Assembly (NCBI GenBank): GCA_965208125.1
Contig: OZ242320.1
Location: forward strand, 96,001-160,000
DNA length: 64,000 nt
DNA from: Candidatus Latescibacterota bacterium
GTDB lineage: Bacteria; Latescibacterota; UBA2968
Reading direction: 5' to 3'
The notes beneath the pieces are model-generated. The model was given only the letters and a program-made list of their open reading frames with translations. It made no database searches and was not told the origin of the DNA. Of the stretch, positions 48,058 to 58,205 are shown one piece after another (position 1 is the stretch's first letter; each line of letters starts with the position of its first letter). A program made the translations under genes and the position numbers.

Positions 48058-48462
48058 ATGACAGCTTTTTCCCGCGTTTGTGAAACACCACCTGCTTCGC
48101 CTGATAAGATACAAGAATACTTCTCATATAAGTTGCGATGTGAGACCGACCCGTTTGATGTGAATGCAGATCTGGAAAATGGAATCGATAGTTTTGAGTT
48201 TATTGATGTTCGCGATAAAGAAGCCTATCTCAACGGTCACGCTGCTGGCGCTATCCACATCGATCACAATGATATGACCGAGACGCGAATGGCCGAGTTT
48301 CCTAAAGACCAATTGCTCGTGGTGTACTGCTGGGGACCGGGGTGTAACGGCGCGACAAAAGCCGCTGTAAAATTGAGTGCCCTGGGATTTTCCGTAAAAG
48401 AAATGATCGGTGGTATTACTTATTGGAAAGAGGAGGGATATCCAATCGTATCAGGTGTTTAA
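48058..48462 (+). CDS. Single-domain rhodanese-like protein
   Basis: IDVR, GHAAGA, VVYCWGPGCNGA, GGITYW; GGAGG RBS. Confidence 0.9.
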   Translation: MTAFSRVCETPPASPDKIQEYFSYKLRCETDPFDVNADLENGIDSFEFIDVRDKEAYLNGHAAGAIHIDHNDMTETRMAEFPKDQLLVVYCWGPGCNGATKAAVKLSALGFSVKEMIGGITYWKEEGYPIVSGV

Positions 48463-49152
48463 GACCTGAGCTTGTGTAAGCAAATGATCAAAGATGCGAT
48501 CGAAGACTGTATTGGGCATTTTTTCGGGATGAAATTGCACACCGATAATGCGACCATCTGGCGTTTCGATACCCTCTATGACTCGATCTTCACTGCGGGC
48601 ACTTATATTGAGTTCTCCGCCAATCGTCTCGAGTCCTTGCAGGTGAAAGCTATTGGTCGTACATTCGGTCTCGCCCAGAATAGACGAGAGATGGGAATTG
48701 GGATCGAGCGAGACCGCGTGATAAACGGGATCTTCGGTGCGCCCGGGTGAATGCGGATCGACATCGCATTGTATTTGAATATCGGCATAGATCGTGCCGC
48801 CAAATTGAGCATTGATAAATTGCATGCCATAGCAGATGCCCAAAACGGGCATCTGTTTTTTTTGCGCGTAATCAAAAGCGCGAATATCATTTTCATAGCG
48901 CGTGGGCACAACCTCGGGCAAGTCTTTGGGCAACTTGCCAACCAGACCTTGCGTAATACCGGGACCGCCAGTAATAATCAGGCCATTGAGCAGGGCAAAC
49001 AACGGTGCGAGAGTTTCCTGTTCCTCTGTCATAGGCAGAATAATAGGACAACCACCCGCGCGCTCCACGGCAATCACATACTCGTGATTTAGCGATTGCT
49101 GTTTACTCTTTGAAAGAAAGCTGGTCGTAATACCGATTATCGGACGTGACAT
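48451..49152 (-). CDS. Gamma-glutamyl-gamma-aminobutyrate hydrolase family (peptidase C26, class I GATase fold)
   Basis: PIIGIT, GLIITGG, LGICYGMQ, NSFH, GVQFHPE. Confidence 0.88.
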   Translation of the reverse strand: MSRPIIGITTSFLSKSKQQSLNHEYVIAVERAGGCPIILPMTEEQETLAPLFALLNGLIITGGPGITQGLVGKLPKDLPEVVPTRYENDIRAFDYAQKKQMPVLGICYGMQFINAQFGGTIYADIQIQCDVDPHSPGRTEDPVYHAVSLDPNSHLSSILGETECTTNSFHLQGLETIGGELNISARSEDRVIEGIETPDGRIIGVQFHPEKMPNTVFDRIFDHLLTQAQVLNT

Positions 49153-49284
49153 TTTGAAAATTGAATAGAATTGGCAACGTTTTTTGCTTGATGAATACAC
49201 AAATATGTGACATCATGAAATGAAGAACAAGGTTAAAATATTGCAGAGCAAACAGATTATCAAAAACCTGAACAGGAGGCGGAA

Positions 49285-50025
49285 ATGAACGCTGGAGACA
49301 GAGCGGCTGTTGAAGACGCCTGGAAGAACGGCGTAGGCGTCTTGCACAACTTGCTCTCACAAGATGAACTGGATGCAATCCGCCGGGAGTTAGAACAAGC
49401 GTACCTGGATCTGGATATGGGACCGGGAGAGCCCGGCAGCCGGGACAGTCTGCGAAATGAATCGCTGTTAAATTATCCGGCCCTGAGCAGCTTATTTTCT
49501 CATCCTCGCATTCTGGGAATAGTCTCGGCAATTTTGGATGAGCCGCGGCCTTTTCTCTTGCAAATGAAAACCAACCGATACACGCCAGAACACAAAGGCG
49601 TGGGACGGCATTCAGACGGCAGCCCAACGGAACTCGCCACGCCCTTTCAGTGGCTGTCAACAATGATTTATCTGGACGATATCGACGTCAATTCCGGAGC
49701 GTTGACCCACGTGCCGGGCACGCATCTGTACCATTTTGCATCTGCGTGCGACCCGGGCCGCGTACTGCCCACAAAAGCAGATATTCAGGCGGGTCATTAC
49801 ATCCCAATCGAACTGAAAGCGGGCAGTGTCGTCTTTCGCGTACCAGAGGTCTGGCACGGCGTAGTGCCCATCCATCGGTTGCGGCGATATATCACCGGTT
49901 TGTACACCTCTCGCAAAAAGGGAAATACGCCGATCAAAGAGCGGATACAGGGGGTCCGGAAAAGCCGCAAGCAAATCCCGGAGACATCCATACCCAAACA
50001 CGTTAGAGAATACTGGCAGTATTGA
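49285..50025 (+). CDS. Phytanoyl-CoA dioxygenase (PhyH) family Fe(II)/2OG oxygenase
   Basis: RHSD, IYLDD, GAL..VPGTH, KAGSV, WHG. Confidence 0.82.
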   Translation: MNAGDRAAVEDAWKNGVGVLHNLLSQDELDAIRRELEQAYLDLDMGPGEPGSRDSLRNESLLNYPALSSLFSHPRILGIVSAILDEPRPFLLQMKTNRYTPEHKGVGRHSDGSPTELATPFQWLSTMIYLDDIDVNSGALTHVPGTHLYHFASACDPGRVLPTKADIQAGHYIPIELKAGSVVFRVPEVWHGVVPIHRLRRYITGLYTSRKKGNTPIKERIQGVRKSRKQIPETSIPKHVREYWQY

Positions 50026-50033
50026 TCAGTGGA

Positions 50034-51626
50034 TCAATCCAAAAAGCGATCCAGCACATTCTTTGTAATCGCCGAAATCGACTCATCCACCGGAAGAGAA
50101 CTGGGATAATTGATCGATCCCACCGAAAACACCTCTCCCCCGCTCTCGGTGCGGTGATATACGATCTCCGCGCCCCCTTCATCGGGGTTTAAGCCTTTGG
50201 CCAGCAGTTGTGCGTTTTTTGGCGAACTCTCTGTCATCTTATCCGTTTCGTGTCCAGATGCACCGCCCGGACACCGCATATGCAGACACTTCTCTCCAAA
50301 AATATCTCCCGTCTCCAGGCCAGTCCCTTCAAAGAAATCGTGCGATCCATCCATCACCCGATAAGGCGCGCCAGTCATAATACCCGTCTCCGAACAGGTT
50401 ACACCCAGCAGTTTCGCCTCTGACTCGTGAAACAAATGGAATCGACTCTCCAATCCCAACTTCTGTAGATGGCTAAACCCTCCGCCTTTATCTCCATTTC
50501 GCACCACCATCGTATATTCATCTGTAAACACCACCTCGCAATTCAGACCATTTCCTCCCAGATACATCAGCTTGCCGCCCCGCTCAAACACCCAGGACTT
50601 CAACTTGTAATACATATCCGCAGACCAATACTCCGGATGCGTGCTGATGATCAATACCCGGTAATCGTCCAAATTCAATACCCCGGAATGGAACTGCGTC
50701 TCCGCATAAAAATCGTACCCATATCCCTCCCGCTCCAGCCATCCCAGCAACCGCCACTCTGCCGGGGCCACATGGCAGTTGGACCGCCCCTCAATCGGAT
50801 CGGTAATCTGCTCCTCCTCTGCAATAAAATTGATCGGCTCAGGCCGGTCGAACGACAGCGATGCATATTCCTTTGAAGTAAAAAGCAAATGTCTGGGGTC
50901 CGTATATCTCTTGAGATCCATTCGCGCATTCACGGTGGGCCTGGGCGGAAATTTCTCCGCGAGGATATAATTGCTGCGCCCCCCAAAATTATTATACGCA
51001 TTCCAGTTTATATTTGACGCCAGCACTGCAACATCGGCACTCGGCTTTGCAGGTGCGACAATCCACGGAAACGGAAAAAACACACCTGATTCCGTCTTGG
51101 CGTGCAGATAATACAATCCCGACCGCTCGGGTGCCGTTATATATTGCTTGTGTGTCGGGCTGGTATAACCCTGTGCATTCCATTGAATGCCGGTCTGCGT
51201 ATAATCCCCATCCGGCGTAATTTGCATCGTCGCCCGGGGACCGTGTTCATCGTACCATCCAATTGGACGCACCAACTCTTTCTGCCACCCATACCGCCAC
51301 AGCGACAGCTTGTACGCCTCCACCGCGTGTACCCTGAACTCTGAAGGCTGTCCAGACTGTACCCACTTTGGCCACATATATCCCAGCAACCCATCGGTCA
51401 ACAGCCGGAACTGATAGGGAGCCTTAGTCGGTATCTCAAGCGGTACTGTTTTGAAGCCATAACCCGGCTTGTAAAGTGTCACCCTATACTTGCCGGAAGG
51501 CAAATCCGCATAAACCGCTCCAGTCGCCCGCGAACGCGCCTCAAATGACCCCGCCTCGCCTTCAAACTCCAGCAGCACCTCTGGCACTGCCACATATCGT
51601 TCATCGCTCACATATCCAATCAGCAT
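50034..51626 (-). CDS. N,N-dimethylformamidase beta-subunit-like protein with N-terminal carboxypeptidase-regulatory-like domain
   Basis: SGLY, WNAYNNFGGRSNY, SFDRP, WLEREGY, HPEYWS, YLGGN, GHETD, VFSVGS. Confidence 0.7.
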   Translation of the reverse strand: MLIGYVSDERYVAVPEVLLEFEGEAGSFEARSRATGAVYADLPSGKYRVTLYKPGYGFKTVPLEIPTKAPYQFRLLTDGLLGYMWPKWVQSGQPSEFRVHAVEAYKLSLWRYGWQKELVRPIGWYDEHGPRATMQITPDGDYTQTGIQWNAQGYTSPTHKQYITAPERSGLYYLHAKTESGVFFPFPWIVAPAKPSADVAVLASNINWNAYNNFGGRSNYILAEKFPPRPTVNARMDLKRYTDPRHLLFTSKEYASLSFDRPEPINFIAEEEQITDPIEGRSNCHVAPAEWRLLGWLEREGYGYDFYAETQFHSGVLNLDDYRVLIISTHPEYWSADMYYKLKSWVFERGGKLMYLGGNGLNCEVVFTDEYTMVVRNGDKGGGFSHLQKLGLESRFHLFHESEAKLLGVTCSETGIMTGAPYRVMDGSHDFFEGTGLETGDIFGEKCLHMRCPGGASGHETDKMTESSPKNAQLLAKGLNPDEGGAEIVYHRTESGGEVFSVGSINYPSSLPVDESISAITKNVLDRFLD

Positions 51627-51638
51627 ATTGTTCCCTTT

Positions 51639-52658
51639 TTACGCCAGAATGGTCAGACTTCGATCTTCGAGCGGTAATTCCATCTTCTCTCCACCGCGAC
51701 GATGCGATTCTCGCAACGCAATGGCAATTTCCAGCGCTTCTCGTCCAAACTCTCCCGGACAAAGCGGCTCTGTGCCCTCATTTAGATTCTCGACAAGTCC
51801 TTCAATAGCGGCCTGTTGTGAACTGCGAGGTCTTTTGGGATTGGGAAATTGTCGTCGAATCGGTTCTCTGGTCTCGTGATGCCTGGTCCACATCTCAAAA
51901 TCTGCGTGTTCATTCCGGGCACTTATCCATCCATCGCTTCCCACAAAGTCAATATTCAACCATCCTCCGGTACTCAGAAATCCGCGGATGCCATTCTCGT
52001 ATCGAATCATCCCTGTTCCTGAAAGATCGCTGTCGCCGCGGGCCTCTTCATCACTATTCATATTCCCAAATACCCACCTGGCAGGTGCCCCGGCAAAAAG
52101 ACGAAACAGAGCCAGCGTATGGCTGTGACCGCGTGAGAGCCGCCAGCCATAATTGCAGACCATCGAAGAGAAATTCCCAATCATGCCGCTTCGGATTGAA
52201 TTTAGACATGCGTGGAACCACGGACTCCAATTTTTGTGACAGGCAATAGCGAGCATAACCCCATTCTTCCGACACACATCGATCATCGCGTCTGCTTCCG
52301 CCAGACTACGGCATATCGGTTTGGTTGCATAAATCGCCTTAACACCTGCCTCCGCCACCCCTGTGACGACCTCTGCGCGTTCCTCTGCCCGTGTCGTCAC
52401 ACTGACGATATCTGGCTTCTCTTTGGCGATCATCTTGCGGTAATCGGTATAAAGTGCCGTTACGCCCCATCGACTTTTGAAATCGTCCAGTTGCTCCACG
52501 TAAAGATCCGAAGCTGCAATCAGATCAATCCCCTTCGCTTCGATCATCGCGGGCGCGTGTGCCCAGGGATATCGAAACTGGGGCCTATTTACGTGCTCAT
52601 CATCAATAGTACTGCCGATCCGCCCACATCCAATAACAGCCCCCCGATAAGATCCCAT
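51639..52658 (-). CDS. Gfo/Idh/MocA family oxidoreductase
   Basis: GCGRIG, DIVSVTT, ATKP, ALEIAIALRES. Confidence 0.85.
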   Translation of the reverse strand: MGSYRGAVIGCGRIGSTIDDEHVNRPQFRYPWAHAPAMIEAKGIDLIAASDLYVEQLDDFKSRWGVTALYTDYRKMIAKEKPDIVSVTTRAEERAEVVTGVAEAGVKAIYATKPICRSLAEADAMIDVCRKNGVMLAIACHKNWSPWFHACLNSIRSGMIGNFSSMVCNYGWRLSRGHSHTLALFRLFAGAPARWVFGNMNSDEEARGDSDLSGTGMIRYENGIRGFLSTGGWLNIDFVGSDGWISARNEHADFEMWTRHHETREPIRRQFPNPKRPRSSQQAAIEGLVENLNEGTEPLCPGEFGREALEIAIALRESHRRGGEKMELPLEDRSLTILA

Positions 52659-52678
52659 GTTGTGCTCCTTCCATCACG

Positions 52679-54751
52679 TCAATCCCCCACGCGCTCAAAA
52701 TAGAAAAACCGCCCATCGTACGTCCCTAAAAACAAGCCGTCTCCCCACACACAGGGAGGTGCTGTAATTGGTGACCCGAACGCCGCACGCCCCCGGCATT
52801 CGCCGGAAGCGGCATCCAAAGCGTACAAACACCCATCACACCCGCTGATTAGAAGACAGTCATCAAAATTGACTGGCGCAGCTAAAATGCTCCGCACGCC
52901 TCTGCGATAGGGAACCATATCCAGCAGATCGCCTCCCGTCTGAAACCCCCAAAGTAGCGCTCCGGAATTGAAATCAAAACAGAGGGCATCTCCCTCCGGT
53001 GTGGTGGCGTAGATCCGTCCATCCCGCACGAGCAGTCCGGTCGGATAACTGGACTGGAGGATCGGCTTGTCCCACACAACCTCCCCCGAAATTGTCCGTA
53101 ACGCGGTTAAATGCGACGAGTCTCCCCCACTTACCAGCAGGTTTTCGGACACAATCGGCGTTGGATATGGATACTCAACCCCTATCTGCTGTTCCCACAC
53201 CACATCCCCGCTTTGCCGGTCCAATGCCATCAGCCCCCGCCGCGGCACGAGCAGGAAAAGCAGGTCCTCATAAACCTGGGGACTTGCGTAACACGCCCAG
53301 TTATCGCTGTCTTCAACAGGTACATACCATTGTTGCTCTCCCGTCTTTAGATCAAAAGCCGCGTAACCGGCCTTCGCCCCTGCGTACAACGTCCCCTCTG
53401 CAATAACCGGAGACGTGTAAACCCAGCGGTCGGGATACCCGGGCAGATTCGCACGCCACAGCAGGCGGCCCGACGACGCCTCCAGCGCATGCACCCGCCC
53501 GGTAACTGACACAGCCGCGCAGATGCCATCATCTACAGCCACACTGTTCTTCACCGTCGCATCCGTGCGTGCATGCCACGCTAGATCCCCACTACTCACC
53601 TCAATACAACAGATCCCGTTACGTGCGGGATAACCCTCGTCCCGCAGGCTCAACAGCATCTGATCTCCCGCCTGCACGGGTGCTGCCCGGTGCAATCCCC
53701 CCGGAAGTTGTTGCTCCCAGCGCAGGCGCAGCCCCATCTCCTCAAACGCAATCTCCACCGGCGCATCCTCGGAAGGTAGCGAGACACCAGTGGGTTTGTG
53801 CGCGCAGAGTTCCACTTCCACCCCCTCTTCTCCGAACCGCGCGACGCGGTAGCCCCTCGGCGATGTATCGATCCCGCCAAAACAGAACGCCGGAGTTGCG
53901 GCCACAACCATTTCTTTGTAAGAGAACACCTTGCTGGAATGCCAGTGTCCGTGCAACACCAGGCGGACATTATACCGACTCAACGCCTCCAGAAATGAAA
54001 CCGGCGGAGGCGTGTGAACCACCACCACGACCTCCCGGTCCGCAGGCTGTAGTGCCAAATCCGCCCAGAACCACACCTCCTTTCGCTCCTGGTCTGCAAG
54101 CGAAAAAAACGACTGCTCATTGGGATAAAACGCAAAATGGCGTCCCCCCCAATCAAAGCTATAATACGAGGGACCGAGCACCGCTTCGAAATTCCGGGTA
54201 AACGTATTGTCCGCTGAGCCCCCCTCGTGGCGCTCCTCGTTTCCGTCGTGCCCGCCGAACAGCGGGAAAACCGGCGTTGAAACCGTCTCCTGTGCCTCTC
54301 GAAAACGGGACAACTCGGCAAGCTCCCCCCTATTCGTGAGATCTCCGCTCACCACAATCAGATCCGGATCGGCTTCCCGGACAAGTCGCTGTAGTGCCTC
54401 GGCGAGAACCTCTCCGGACGTCAGCATATCCCCTTCCGCCACAACGTGTGTATCGGTAATCTGCACAAGCGCAAACTGCCGCATAGCCCGCTCAGGTGCA
54501 GACTCAAGTCCAAAATCCACCCCATCTTGCGCGCCCATCCAGTTCTGTGTAGGTGAGTAGAACCCCGACGTCGCCCGAAAACCGTCGGGAACGGTCACAA
54601 ATACGAACCGGTGCGCCTCCAGTTCCACCACAAGCGCGTACCGGCCCTCCTCATCCGTCTGCACAATCTGCTCCCCATTGGAGACCAAAACACCGCCCAG
54701 ACCGCGTCCAGATAGTTCATCCATCACCCTGCCTCGAACTTCAATCGTCAT
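52679..54751 (-). CDS. Calcineurin-like metallophosphoesterase fused to a PQQ-like beta-propeller
   Basis: DTH, GDL, GGHD, HTP, GHWH motifs; C-terminal G...W propeller repeats. Confidence 0.8.
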   Translation of the reverse strand: MTIEVRGRVMDELSGRGLGGVLVSNGEQIVQTDEEGRYALVVELEAHRFVFVTVPDGFRATSGFYSPTQNWMGAQDGVDFGLESAPERAMRQFALVQITDTHVVAEGDMLTSGEVLAEALQRLVREADPDLIVVSGDLTNRGELAELSRFREAQETVSTPVFPLFGGHDGNEERHEGGSADNTFTRNFEAVLGPSYYSFDWGGRHFAFYPNEQSFFSLADQERKEVWFWADLALQPADREVVVVVHTPPPVSFLEALSRYNVRLVLHGHWHSSKVFSYKEMVVAATPAFCFGGIDTSPRGYRVARFGEEGVEVELCAHKPTGVSLPSEDAPVEIAFEEMGLRLRWEQQLPGGLHRAAPVQAGDQMLLSLRDEGYPARNGICCIEVSSGDLAWHARTDATVKNSVAVDDGICAAVSVTGRVHALEASSGRLLWRANLPGYPDRWVYTSPVIAEGTLYAGAKAGYAAFDLKTGEQQWYVPVEDSDNWACYASPQVYEDLLFLLVPRRGLMALDRQSGDVVWEQQIGVEYPYPTPIVSENLLVSGGDSSHLTALRTISGEVVWDKPILQSSYPTGLLVRDGRIYATTPEGDALCFDFNSGALLWGFQTGGDLLDMVPYRRGVRSILAAPVNFDDCLLISGCDGCLYALDAASGECRGRAAFGSPITAPPCVWGDGLFLGTYDGRFFYFERVGD

Positions 54752-54820
54752 AGCGCACCTCTTTGTTGTCAGTTATAAGCAAAATACAATATTCACACCC
54801 TGAGGCAAAACAAACAATGA

Positions 54821-54849
54821 TTGCCTGCCATATAAAGATTGTGCATAAT
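54821..54849 (+). promoter_or_regulatory. Probable sigma70 promoter of second sulfatase
   Basis: TTGCCT-N17-CATAAT. Confidence 0.5.
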
Positions 54850-54890
54850 AGAATCAGAATCCAATATGTAACCCCTACAAAGGAAGGAAA

Positions 54891-56480
54891 ATGAGTGAAA
54901 GACCTAATATTCTGTGGTTATCCTTAGAAGACACAAGCCCGAGGTTTGGGTGTTATGGCGATAAAGTGGCGCGCACGCCAAATCTCGACAAACTGGCATC
55001 CGAGGGATGCCGGTATCCCAATGCATTTTCAACGGCAGGCGTATGCGCGCCGAGTCGCTCGGCAATTATTACGGGCATGTATCAAACGGCAATAGGCTCG
55101 CAGCACATGCGCACGCGCCACACCAATGCACATGCGCCGCAAATGCCCACGCCCTATGACGCAGTGCCACCGCATTATGTGAAATGTTTTCCAGAATATT
55201 TGCGGATGGCCGGATATTACTGCACGAACAACACAAAAACCGACTATCAATTTACCCCGCCAATTACGGCATGGGATGAATTGAGCGCACAAGCCCACTG
55301 GCGCAACCGCCCCGATGGCGCGCCCTTTTTTGCGGTATTTAATCGCACCGTAACGCACGAAAGCGGCATGTGGCCCGAGAAACGCCCAGAAGTAGAAACC
55401 GATCCAGATTCGGTCACACTACCGCCTTATATCCCCAACACACCCAAAGCGCGGCTGGCATTGGCGCGGCATTACGACAACATCGCCGACAACGATGCGT
55501 GGGTTGGTGAAATGTTGCAACAATTGGAAGACGATGGACTGGCAGACAACACAGTTGTATTCATCTGGAGCGACCACGGCGAAGGTCTCCCCCGGGCCAA
55601 GCGCTGGCCCTATGATGCGGGCATTCGCATACCCTGCATCGTGCGTTGGCCGGGCGAATTGGAACCCGGCAGCGTCAATGATCGATTGGTCAGCATGATC
55701 GACCTTGGCCCGACCGTATTATCACTCGCCGGTGTACAAATCCCAGCCCATATCCAAGGCCAACCCTTTGTTGGACCACAGGAAAAAGACCGGGATTACA
55801 TATTTGCAACGCGGGATCGATACGATGAATCTTATGACATGATGCGCGCCGTGCGGGATACGCGATTCAAATACATTCGAAACTACATGACAGAAAACCC
55901 GTATTTATTGTGGATCCCCTATCGCAATCGCCACCCGGCATTGCAGGAAATGTGGCGGCTCCATCTCGCAGGTGAGTTAGAAGGCGTGCAAAATGTGATG
56001 TTTCAAAAACGCCCCGTAGAAGAATTATACGACACGGAAAACGATCCATTTGAAGTCAATAATCTCGCTGACGATTCCGCACACGCCGAAACATTGAACC
56101 GCTTGCGCGGGGCACTGGACGACTGGCGCGAAAAATACGATGTATGGGGCGATGTGCCCGAAGATCAGATGGTATTTCGCATGTGGCAGGGCACAGAGCA
56201 ACCGCAAACCGAATTGCCGGTTTTTGTGCCGATATGCGAAGAAAGCCCTGGGCGAGAAGCCGCGCCCGAAGGCGGAACCTTCAAGGGACCGATAATCGTA
56301 CAATTTTACTGTGGCACACAGGGCGCGTCAATGGCGTATCAACTCGCAGGCGATGAACACTGGCGATTGTACACCGATCCCATTCCTCTGCCAAAAGGCG
56401 AGACCACAATTCGCGCCAAAGCCATTCGAATAGGATACAAAGAGAGTGAGGAAGTGGAAGCGACTTTTGTAGTAACCTGA
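54891..56480 (+). CDS. Cys-type sulfatase with C-terminal beta-sandwich domain
   Basis: PNILWLSLED, CAPSRSAIITG, KTDY, SDHG, ELYD. Confidence 0.92.
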   Translation: MSERPNILWLSLEDTSPRFGCYGDKVARTPNLDKLASEGCRYPNAFSTAGVCAPSRSAIITGMYQTAIGSQHMRTRHTNAHAPQMPTPYDAVPPHYVKCFPEYLRMAGYYCTNNTKTDYQFTPPITAWDELSAQAHWRNRPDGAPFFAVFNRTVTHESGMWPEKRPEVETDPDSVTLPPYIPNTPKARLALARHYDNIADNDAWVGEMLQQLEDDGLADNTVVFIWSDHGEGLPRAKRWPYDAGIRIPCIVRWPGELEPGSVNDRLVSMIDLGPTVLSLAGVQIPAHIQGQPFVGPQEKDRDYIFATRDRYDESYDMMRAVRDTRFKYIRNYMTENPYLLWIPYRNRHPALQEMWRLHLAGELEGVQNVMFQKRPVEELYDTENDPFEVNNLADDSAHAETLNRLRGALDDWREKYDVWGDVPEDQMVFRMWQGTEQPQTELPVFVPICEESPGREAAPEGGTFKGPIIVQFYCGTQGASMAYQLAGDEHWRLYTDPIPLPKGETTIRAKAIRIGYKESEEVEATFVVT

Positions 56481-56534
56481 CCGCGAAAGGAAGGGCTTAG
56501 TGGCAGAAGAAAAACATGATACAGGAGGTACATA

Positions 56535-57272
56535 GTGCGCAGGATGCAAATATTGACTAACAGCATTTCAGCACATGCTTTACTGCTCTTATTGGTCGGT
56601 GTGGCGGTGATCTCTACATCGCATGCACAAGACCTCATGGAGCGATTGCGAGAACGTATGGTAAGGACACAGATTGAAAACCGAGGAATTAAAGCCCCCG
56701 CTGTCCTGGAAGCGATGCGAAAAGTGGAACGCCACCGATTTGTACCCGAATCTTATGCTTCACGGGCATACGGTGATTATCCATTGCCCATCGGCGAGGG
56801 GCAGACCATTTCTCAACCATATATTGTCGCACTTATGACCGAAGTGCTGAATTTGAAGAAGTCGGATAAAGTGCTGGAAATCGGAACGGGATCGGGGTAT
56901 CAGGCGGCGATTCTGGGCGAGTTGTGTGACAGCATCTACACCATAGAGATTGTAGAAGTTCTGGGCAAGCGCGCAGCAAACTTGCTCAACACATTGGGAT
57001 ATGAGAACATCGAAGTGAAAGTTGGCGATGGGTACAAAGGATGGCCAGAACACGCGCCTTTTGATGCGATTATCGTGACGTGTTCACCAACGCAAATTCC
57101 CCAACCCCTTCAAGATCAACTCGCCGAAGGTGGGCGCATGGTCATCCCGGTTGGAAGACGCGATGCACAAGAACTCGTACTATTGACCAAGCAGGAAGGC
57201 AAATTGCAACAGCAACACATTATACCTGTCAGATTCGTGCCAATGGTGGATTCCACCGGAGCGACGTATTAG
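56535..57272 (+). CDS. pcm: Protein-L-isoaspartate O-methyltransferase
   Basis: GQTISQPY, VLEIGTGSGYQAA, GDGYKGW, APFDAI, FVPM. Confidence 0.95.
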   Translation: MRRMQILTNSISAHALLLLLVGVAVISTSHAQDLMERLRERMVRTQIENRGIKAPAVLEAMRKVERHRFVPESYASRAYGDYPLPIGEGQTISQPYIVALMTEVLNLKKSDKVLEIGTGSGYQAAILGELCDSIYTIEIVEVLGKRAANLLNTLGYENIEVKVGDGYKGWPEHAPFDAIIVTCSPTQIPQPLQDQLAEGGRMVIPVGRRDAQELVLLTKQEGKLQQQHIIPVRFVPMVDSTGATY

Positions 57273-57340
57273 ACGAATAGACGAATAGACGAACCCTGCC
57301 CCGCCACCAAATTGCTTTCGTTGATTCGTTGATTCGCGTT
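57270..57340. repeat. Octamer tandem-repeat hairpin (TAGACGAA)3...(TTCGTTGA)2-3
   Basis: Seen directly between convergent pcm and amidohydrolase; first unit supplies the pcm TAG. Confidence 0.8.
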
Positions 57341-57342
57341 TT

Positions 57343-58188
57343 TTATCTGTCAATCCACTTATACGTAGCCTTTGAATTCTTCCAGAAGAACTTCTCCATC
57401 GCCTCCGGTCCCTTTTGCTCAATATAATGGGTGACAATATTGAGCACAGTCTCGTAGGGTGCTGCGCGTTCACACACGAGCCAATTGCTGCCATAGACCA
57501 GGCGGTCTTCACCAAAAGCATGCCATAACACATCGAGCGTAGGCACATAATAAGCCGGATCATCGGGGGCGGGTTGTTGGGCTGCGCGTTCAACCATACC
57601 AGATACCTTGCAATATACATTTGGGTATTTTGCTATGATTTGAATCCCCTGAACCCACTCGGGATCGGGTGCTTCACCCGTTACCTCAACATGCGCCACA
57701 TGGTCGATAACCATGCGCAGACTGGGGATTTGCTCGGCAATAACAGCATTGATGGGCAACTGTTTGCCATTGGTCATCAAATCGAGTTGCAAATCGCGGT
57801 CAGCCAATTTTTGGAGTTGTGGCATAAGAGCGTCTTGATCTTCCAAACTACCCCGCTGAAGCCCCAGACGAATCCCGCGATAGAGTGGATTGGCTGAAAA
57901 GCGGTCGAGATTCTTCTCAAAATCTTCCGTTTTGGGATCCAGGCTACCCACAAACCCGACAATACAGAGATTATCTACTGCGAGATCCAGAATCCACTGA
58001 TTGTCTTCAACCAGCTTGCTGGCCTCAACCACAACCGTCCCGGTCACACCCATCTTTTCAGTGCGTTCAACAAAGTGCTGCGGCAAAATGGGGCGATAGA
58101 GCAACTCATTATCTTCGGGCGGCCAGGGAACGCCGCCGGGTCGGGTCGTATCGTAAAAATGAACATGCGTATCAATGATCATGGACAT
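57343..58188 (-). CDS. Amidohydrolase family (sugar lactonase-like) protein
   Basis: IIDTHVH, VIDHVA, CKVSG, YGSNW. Confidence 0.85.
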   Translation of the reverse strand: MSMIIDTHVHFYDTTRPGGVPWPPEDNELLYRPILPQHFVERTEKMGVTGTVVVEASKLVEDNQWILDLAVDNLCIVGFVGSLDPKTEDFEKNLDRFSANPLYRGIRLGLQRGSLEDQDALMPQLQKLADRDLQLDLMTNGKQLPINAVIAEQIPSLRMVIDHVAHVEVTGEAPDPEWVQGIQIIAKYPNVYCKVSGMVERAAQQPAPDDPAYYVPTLDVLWHAFGEDRLVYGSNWLVCERAAPYETVLNIVTHYIEQKGPEAMEKFFWKNSKATYKWIDR

Positions 58189-58205
58189 ATCCTTTCCGAT
58201 CAAGA

